This document shows, one piece after another, positions 34,501 to 39,127 of a DNA stretch of 39,127 nucleotides (position 1 is the stretch's first letter; every line of letters starts with the position of its first letter). Origin of the DNA: a virus (Duplodnaviria; Caudoviricetes); IMG/VR virus record IMGVR_UViG_3300024253_000040, positions 1 to 39,127 of that record; one strand, written 5' to 3'. A model generated the notes under the pieces. The model saw nothing but the letters and a program-made list of their open reading frames with translations, did not search any database and was not told the DNA's origin. The translations under genes and the position numbers were made by a program.

Positions 34501-36921
34501 AACGCTGTTTTCACATTTCGATACAGGAAACTCAAGCTGGAGAAAGGCGGCAAGGTGACGGACTGGTCTCCTGCTCCTGAAGATGTGCGGGCTTACACAG
34601 ATCTTGTAAGGACGGACCTGTCCGCTGAATTGACGGTTCAGGCTGGGTTGATAGCCTCAAAAGTTTCTCAAAGTGACTTTAACGCACTCGGGGTACGGGT
34701 GTCGACTGCTGAACAAAAAATAACCCCATCCGCAATTACACAAACAGTTCGGAGTTCAACAGAGTATGGGTTGGATCGCTCAACAGATTTAGCTACAGCA
34801 GATACTGCCGCTGCGAATAGAATTAAAAATATAGTAGCAGGAGGAGGAAATCTACTGCTAAATAGCGCAAGGTCATTTGGATCACAAGTGTCTTATGGAG
34901 TTGCAAATACAACTCAATTACTACCTTTCTTGAAGGCTGGTAACTCACTGACATTTTCCTGTACGGTAAACATTGAAAATCCCACATCAGCATCTCAATG
35001 GAGAATAGGTTTTGAAATGATATGTTTTCAATCTGATGGCTCAATAAAATATTTAGGCGCTTGGAAACAAATTACTTCTGGAGTGAGTATTAAAAACGAG
35101 AGAATTAGTAATACTTATATTTTATCGCAGGATATAACATCTATATCCGATATTGTGGTGTACCCTGTTTTCGCAACAGGAACTAACCGCTGGGTTAAAG
35201 ATTTAAAAGTAGAATTAGGAAATGTGCCTACTGCGTGGGATAATGATATTGATAAATTAAAATCGAATGAGACGGCCATAACTCAAACGGCAAATAAACT
35301 GTCGCTGACTGCATCATCCATAGCGTCCGGACTGGGAGGAAAGGTCAACCAGTCCACTGGTGAAGTCACGATAACACCATCAAATATCTCGCTGAAGGTA
35401 TTTTCCTCTCCGGAATACGATACTGAAAAAACTGGCATACTGGGAACTGCCGCATCAGATGCGACAAACAAGGCGAACAGCATTAGAAACATCCTTTCTA
35501 CTATTACAGAAGGCAAGATGCTATTTAAAGACCCTACATTTAAAAAAGGGTACAACGGGATAAATATATATAATAACAGTGGCGGTAGCGGTTCAACTTT
35601 TGAAAGGGTGGGTAGATCTACCGACGCTCCAAATGGCTCCACACACATGATGAGGTATAGTTATATTAGTTCCCCGACTTCACCCGGCTTTGGAGGATTC
35701 TACTTTGGTAACATGTCGAGGGCAAATGCTGTTTTTGTAACTAAAATTATCGCTAAAATACCTGTCGGTAAAACAATAAAATGGGCATCAAATGCCTACG
35801 GCACTAATGGAAATCTTCACAGATGGCTTACTTCTCAGGTAGGTACGGGTAAATTTGAGACCTACATAATACAAGTAAGATGCGGTTCGCAAGGAACTTT
35901 TTCTTCAACTAATTTTTTCTATTTCACTGGTGGTTCTGGGGTATTTAATGTTGATGTTGCATTTGCAACGGTTTTCGATACTACTTTATATGATAATACG
36001 GAAGAAATCGCAAAGGCTTACGCCGATAGCGGCATAGGAACAGCTGTGGCCGGATTGAGAAGCGATCTGGTAGGAACAGGGATTGACATATCCGCTAAGA
36101 AATTAACGCTCTATTCTGGTGCAGAAGGAGGCAGTGCACAAGGCAAGATCGTTATTGCTGGTAGTAATTTTTCCGTTAATGAGTATGGAAAATTAAAGGC
36201 TGTTGACGGAGAGTTTTCAGGTGAGATTAATGCTTTAACTGGACGAATTGGTAGCTTAAGGATTAATGGATCAGCACTAACAAATGCAGGTTTTGATGAT
36301 GATGCTTATATTATTCTCAGGAATGATCCACATGGAACTTTTGTAGGAATAGGTGGAAATGTATTACCGGCTTCGTCAGGGTTGAAGGCTGTCGGTAGGT
36401 TTGAGAACAAAAGCGTAGATGGTTTTTTTGGTTCAGTGAACTATTCCTTGTTAGTTGAAGCCTCTGGTGCTTCAAGAAACGTAGGTATATACTGTATTGG
36501 GGATCTTTTATTAAAAGGTGGAGCCTTGATTGCAGAGAAATGTTATACAGATGCTGGATATACTAATTCTATAACATTAAATATAGATAAGTTTTCTAAG
36601 TATTTATTTAACCCCCCAATGGGAAGCATTAATACAGTTTACATGCCTTCAGGTACTCAAGTATTAAGTGCAGTAGGCTCTGTCGGCCTTACAGGAAGCA
36701 ATTGGTGTTTCGACATAGGAGTATCTATTCATTATTCAAGTAGTGGAGGAATTAATTTAAGAGGAGTTTCAGGAGGAATTATTGTAAATAATAATGGTGA
36801 CGTTGTTGGGCACAACGATTCATACACCTACGGCGGGATTCAAATGAAAAAAGGTGACCACGTTACATTAAGATATCATTCAGTAACAAACAGATGGTTG
36901 ATTATTGATCATCAATATTAA
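31510..36921 (+). CDS. Tail tip/hub protein fused to a multi-module receptor-binding fibre
   Basis: N-terminal ITRLYAFGS..N and FEDIYPR hub motifs; coiled-coil linkers separating CBM-like modules. Confidence 0.85.
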   Translation: MIIKRGILEILNLDFLPDGLEKKEIMVEHSVSIKFELSDYVKLEKGDFIIHDEKHFSLNKDFIPVINKSTNGFIYDLKFYDITERFKDFKLKFQLGTVDELDFKLTTSGDKFLDIVIYSLHKHGLGTFTKGQFPSEIKEIHFKNVDIFSGLNQIANEYGLEWWIDGTILNLGKLEYGEPVLLRNDIELEDISFSPSSEKLITRLYAFGSSRNIPSNYRINEAVGDIAERRLRLPIGTEYVDLFHDLPENQVVEGVHVFEDIYPRQKNTIIDVLTNDVSGTVIYTFKGDNTFTITHDDIIAGKPLKIAFQSGLLAGKDFDLIIRDNNYFEIRYEQSGDVYLPNMTLKPQVGDEFFFFNFKTDNVLPVLITQAENELLTQAQNFLDKIGSEYVYTIKNRSIHCEENGIDLDVGQVVTLQSETIGSVTSRIRGYEKKLYNRFECDYSIGSYSKYSRIDKIEKETGSKADKTEISEIGGKVESVSRDIQNIDLKFLSKISEDTAKEVITFLKGIIAAGTSEFVNLIATGKITAENIDVNNTLVTDILCVLTQATLQDVILKGQINSETFTSGFLGDGFRLNKIGERWTLEIDDLVVRKTMTIYELIVQRVRYQGGQVLHSPAGGKITAVTDGGTYWRCEHDSPEDFITGDQVLCDTSRVGSMAQNPEGETTFMGVRKKRYWRKVTSYGAGWFNLSKTDMEAGSDYPEVGDNVGVVGNDTDVTRQSAYMIVSVGNNSPYTAHYAGINSYSLAGKEIVREGNLSGIVDAAFGQLSGYGLYSKNVCLRGVFKLVNGMDIGQKLAEHDTTFLSTASKTEVSTAKSEAISTAASDATIKANTAQINATNAANGYTDGQVSPLVTRITSAETAIAQNADAISLRATKTEAQTYAADAVDNLQMGVRNLLLGTTDEWITITTPSFYYVDNFFADTILEADQEYTFSFESEVISGTPSGSVHIGCGTTGYQRDILYSNISITGKGKVTFKPTSAQLGTHKSFAFRWYNNNAVFTFRYRKLKLEKGGKVTDWSPAPEDVRAYTDLVRTDLSAELTVQAGLIASKVSQSDFNALGVRVSTAEQKITPSAITQTVRSSTEYGLDRSTDLATADTAAANRIKNIVAGGGNLLLNSARSFGSQVSYGVANTTQLLPFLKAGNSLTFSCTVNIENPTSASQWRIGFEMICFQSDGSIKYLGAWKQITSGVSIKNERISNTYILSQDITSISDIVVYPVFATGTNRWVKDLKVELGNVPTAWDNDIDKLKSNETAITQTANKLSLTASSIASGLGGKVNQSTGEVTITPSNISLKVFSSPEYDTEKTGILGTAASDATNKANSIRNILSTITEGKMLFKDPTFKKGYNGINIYNNSGGSGSTFERVGRSTDAPNGSTHMMRYSYISSPTSPGFGGFYFGNMSRANAVFVTKIIAKIPVGKTIKWASNAYGTNGNLHRWLTSQVGTGKFETYIIQVRCGSQGTFSSTNFFYFTGGSGVFNVDVAFATVFDTTLYDNTEEIAKAYADSGIGTAVAGLRSDLVGTGIDISAKKLTLYSGAEGGSAQGKIVIAGSNFSVNEYGKLKAVDGEFSGEINALTGRIGSLRINGSALTNAGFDDDAYIILRNDPHGTFVGIGGNVLPASSGLKAVGRFENKSVDGFFGSVNYSLLVEASGASRNVGIYCIGDLLLKGGALIAEKCYTDAGYTNSITLNIDKFSKYLFNPPMGSINTVYMPSGTQVLSAVGSVGLTGSNWCFDIGVSIHYSSSGGINLRGVSGGIIVNNNGDVVGHNDSYTYGGIQMKKGDHVTLRYHSVTNRWLIIDHQY

Positions 36922-36932
36922 AGCAAAAGAAA

Positions 36933-37193
36933 ATGAAAACAGTAGATTTAAGTAAAGTAAAAATTGAAATGCTCGACGGTAAAACAATAGAGCACAATTT
37001 GGCTAAAGAGTTATCGGAGGTGATTTTTCAAAATACGCAAAGTATTGAGGAACATGCTTTTTGTATGGAACTTTATAAAAATCCGATTATGGAAATAACG
37101 GAGGAGAACAAAGCTATTGTGGAAAAATATACAAGGCAGTATTTTAAAGCATTCGTTCAAGTTGCTGTAAATAAACTTTTAAATAACAATTAA
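36933..37193 (+). CDS. Hypothetical protein (tail-associated)
   Basis: 86 aa directly after the tail tip gene. Confidence 0.7.
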   Translation: MKTVDLSKVKIEMLDGKTIEHNLAKELSEVIFQNTQSIEEHAFCMELYKNPIMEITEENKAIVEKYTRQYFKAFVQVAVNKLLNNN

Positions 37194-37195
37194 TT

Positions 37196-37459
37196 ATGAC
37201 TGAATTTAACAAGACAAATGAAGTAACCTCGGTTGAATCAAATTATGAGGCTGTAGTGGGTGATGTAAACTACAATTTCAATGTTCGAAAAGTGAACGGC
37301 ACACTTGAAAACATTACCTGCAATATAACAAAAAGCGGTGTGTATATTGGAGGAATGTACCAGCAAAATGGACAAAAGTCTATTAACATTCATGAGGATG
37401 AAAATGCCCAGACACATGTAGCTGTTCTCGAAGAGTTTTTGGGGATGAGTGATTTGTGA
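37196..37459 (+). CDS. Hypothetical protein
   Basis: 87 aa ORF in operon. Confidence 0.7.
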   Translation: MTEFNKTNEVTSVESNYEAVVGDVNYNFNVRKVNGTLENITCNITKSGVYIGGMYQQNGQKSINIHEDENAQTHVAVLEEFLGMSDL

Positions 37460-37521
37460 TAAAAATTGGGTAAGGGGATCGGGCAAAAAAAATCGGAAGA
37501 TAACTACATGATAAGAGAGAG

Positions 37522-37989
37522 ATGATTGATTGGGTAAGTGCCATAATGGGTATTTTAGGGCTAACAACTGCTGGTAGCGTAGTCGGTGTGATTCTTTTCT
37601 ACCGGGAGAACAAAAAGAAAGCAAATGCAGAGGCAAAGCAGGCTATGTCTTCTGCTGCGAAAGAGGACGCTTCTGCAGCAAAGGAGCTTCTTGAAGTCTT
37701 AAATGGCACGAAAGATTTCATGGAAGAAATGAACAAATACAGTAAAGAGACCGCCTCTCAACTTCTCAGCATTGTAAAGGAGAAAGACACAGCCCTTAAG
37801 GATGCACAAAAAAAAGATACGGAGAACAGTTATAAAATAGCGAATTGCGAAAGGCAGATTAAAGGCTTACAGAAAGTTGTCGAAACAGAGATAGCTGCAA
37901 GGAAAATGGCAGAAGCTAATATCTGTTTAGTTGAGGATTGCATGTTGCGTAAACCACCGCTTGGAACATATAAAAAAGAAGCCATATGA
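37522..37989 (+). CDS. Putative holin (N-terminal TM plus coiled coil)
   Basis: Hydrophobic residues 4-27; immediately upstream of the endolysin. Confidence 0.6.
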   Translation: MIDWVSAIMGILGLTTAGSVVGVILFYRENKKKANAEAKQAMSSAAKEDASAAKELLEVLNGTKDFMEEMNKYSKETASQLLSIVKEKDTALKDAQKKDTENSYKIANCERQIKGLQKVVETEIAARKMAEANICLVEDCMLRKPPLGTYKKEAI

Positions 37990-38573
37990 ACAGGCAAGTA
38001 TTTTTTGATGAGATAAGGCAATCCTTTTTCAGCAACAGGATTACACAGAGGCAGATTGAAGGAATAAAGTTCAAGTTGGATGCTTTTGATAAATTCCAAA
38101 TATCTGATTTCCGATGGAGAGCCTATATGCTTGCTACGTCTTACCACGAAACCGGGAGGACTATGCAGCCGATAGAAGAGTGGGGGAGAGGCAAAGGAAA
38201 ACCGTATGGAAAGAAGCTAAAACACAACAGACAACTCTACTCTTGGCCCGATAAAATTTATTACGGACGTGGCGACGTTCAACTAACCTGGTACGAGAAT
38301 TATGAAACGATGGGTAAGTTATTGGGGATTCCTCTGCTCGAACAGCCCGAATTAGCATTAGTTCCCGAGATATCCGCAGAGATCATGATTGAGGGAATGA
38401 CAAAGGGAAAGAGCAATAGAGGTGATTTCACTGGTGTGTCGCTTGAAAATTACTTCAATGACTATATTGACGACCCTATCAGGGCGAGAAGAATAATCAA
38501 TGGTCTTGATAAAGCAAACCTGATTGCAACTTATCACTATAAATTTTTATCCGCAATAAAGAAAGCATCATGA
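37986..38573 (+). CDS. Endolysin, GH19/lysozyme-like
   Basis: AYMLATSYHET, YYGRGDVQLTWYENY, ARRIING. Confidence 0.9.
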   Translation: MNRQVFFDEIRQSFFSNRITQRQIEGIKFKLDAFDKFQISDFRWRAYMLATSYHETGRTMQPIEEWGRGKGKPYGKKLKHNRQLYSWPDKIYYGRGDVQLTWYENYETMGKLLGIPLLEQPELALVPEISAEIMIEGMTKGKSNRGDFTGVSLENYFNDYIDDPIRARRIINGLDKANLIATYHYKFLSAIKKAS

Positions 38574-39127
38574 AAGCAAGAATGAATTGGATAGTTTTCC
38601 TTGTAACAGGATTAGCATTTTTTGGCTGTAAGCCAAAGCAGATAATCAGTGAAAGGGTAGTGTCAGTTATAGACAGTTCAGCTGTTTTGATGATGAAAGG
38701 TGAAATAACGGCGAAGGATCGACAGATAGAAAATTTACAGACCGATTTACAGGCTGTTAAAGCAGAAAACATACGTTTACAGAGTGAGGTGTCTACGCAT
38801 GAAATAATTTACGATACAAATGCTCCTGTTAGCGCTGAGAGTGGTAGATATCCGATCGCAAGTGAGAAAATCACTGAAAGCAAAACACTACTCGAAAAAA
38901 CTATCAGGGAGTTCGAAATCCTTAAACAAGAATACAACAATGAAATAATTAAGCTGTCAAGAGTAAATCAGAATCTGGAATACACAATTAAAGCGTTGAA
39001 AGATGAAAATCGCGTACTGAAAGAAAAAACCACTCCAACAACTGGATTTAATTTCAGGCTGTTCATTTGGGGAGTCGTGACAGGTATAATCTTGATTATA
39101 TTGATAGTGATATTTATTAGGGTGTAA
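38570..39127 (+). CDS. Putative unimolecular spanin
   Basis: Lipobox LAFFG-C, central coiled coil, C-terminal TM helix; follows the endolysin. Confidence 0.75.
   Translation: MKARMNWIVFLVTGLAFFGCKPKQIISERVVSVIDSSAVLMMKGEITAKDRQIENLQTDLQAVKAENIRLQSEVSTHEIIYDTNAPVSAESGRYPIASEKITESKTLLEKTIREFEILKQEYNNEIIKLSRVNQNLEYTIKALKDENRVLKEKTTPTTGFNFRLFIWGVVTGIILIILIVIFIRV

Larger units (their letters stand above)
1..39127. mobile_element. Temperate siphovirus-like prophage, probable Bacteroidota host; att sites outside window
   Basis: Ordered integrase-repressor-recombination-replication-packaging-head-tail-lysis modules; long tape measure and no sheath gene; Bacteroidota-type promoter boxes. Confidence 0.95.

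Noticed and set aside
31510-37459. Diversity-generating retroelement or invertible tail-fibre shufflon
   Set aside because: No reverse transcriptase or second recombinase, and no near-identical TR/VR pair or inverted crossover repeats seen by eye; a self dot-plot would confirm
1378-38772. Many antisense or alternate-frame ORFs (e.g. 2649-3056, 5883-6248, 24761-25201, 26539-27015, 37238-37636)
   Set aside because: Shadows of well-supported genes; no recognisable motifs or coupling
1-39127. Stop-codon recoding or attL/attR
   Set aside because: Genes are full length under the standard code and TAA, TGA and TAG are all used as stops; the window ends at gene boundaries, so att sites cannot be assessed

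Overview
This window is an apparently near-complete temperate siphovirus-type (pro)phage, most likely of a Bacteroidota host (TAnnTTT(G/A) promoters, DUF3853- and DUF6291-like genes). It is trimmed from the integrase stop (1) to the spanin stop (39127), so no att sites are visible. Leftward lysogeny operon: cI-like repressor, lipoprotein, HTH protein, tyrosine integrase. Rightward: early and regulatory genes; recombination (Sak/Rad52-like, exonuclease, NinB/NinG-like); replication (HNH, initiator with internal iterons, DnaB); a ParB + three glycosyltransferase + ATPase-less RarA/MgsA-C cluster next to the terminase; an intein-split TerL; portal and head genes interrupted by a 5-gene RadC/JAB island; tail genes with a -1 frameshift chaperone; and holin, endolysin and a u-spanin-like gene. 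Most notable: (i) the glycosylation cluster has no TET, methylase or hydroxymethylase partner; (ii) a copy of the early promoter and operator drives the island inside the head module; (iii) a second palindrome (GTGTGT-N7-ACACA) marks three module promoters; (iv) the repressor has lost both its self-cleavage Ser and its Ala-Gly site; (v) a structured leader/attenuator precedes the replication genes. All family assignments come from motif recognition by eye, not database searches.
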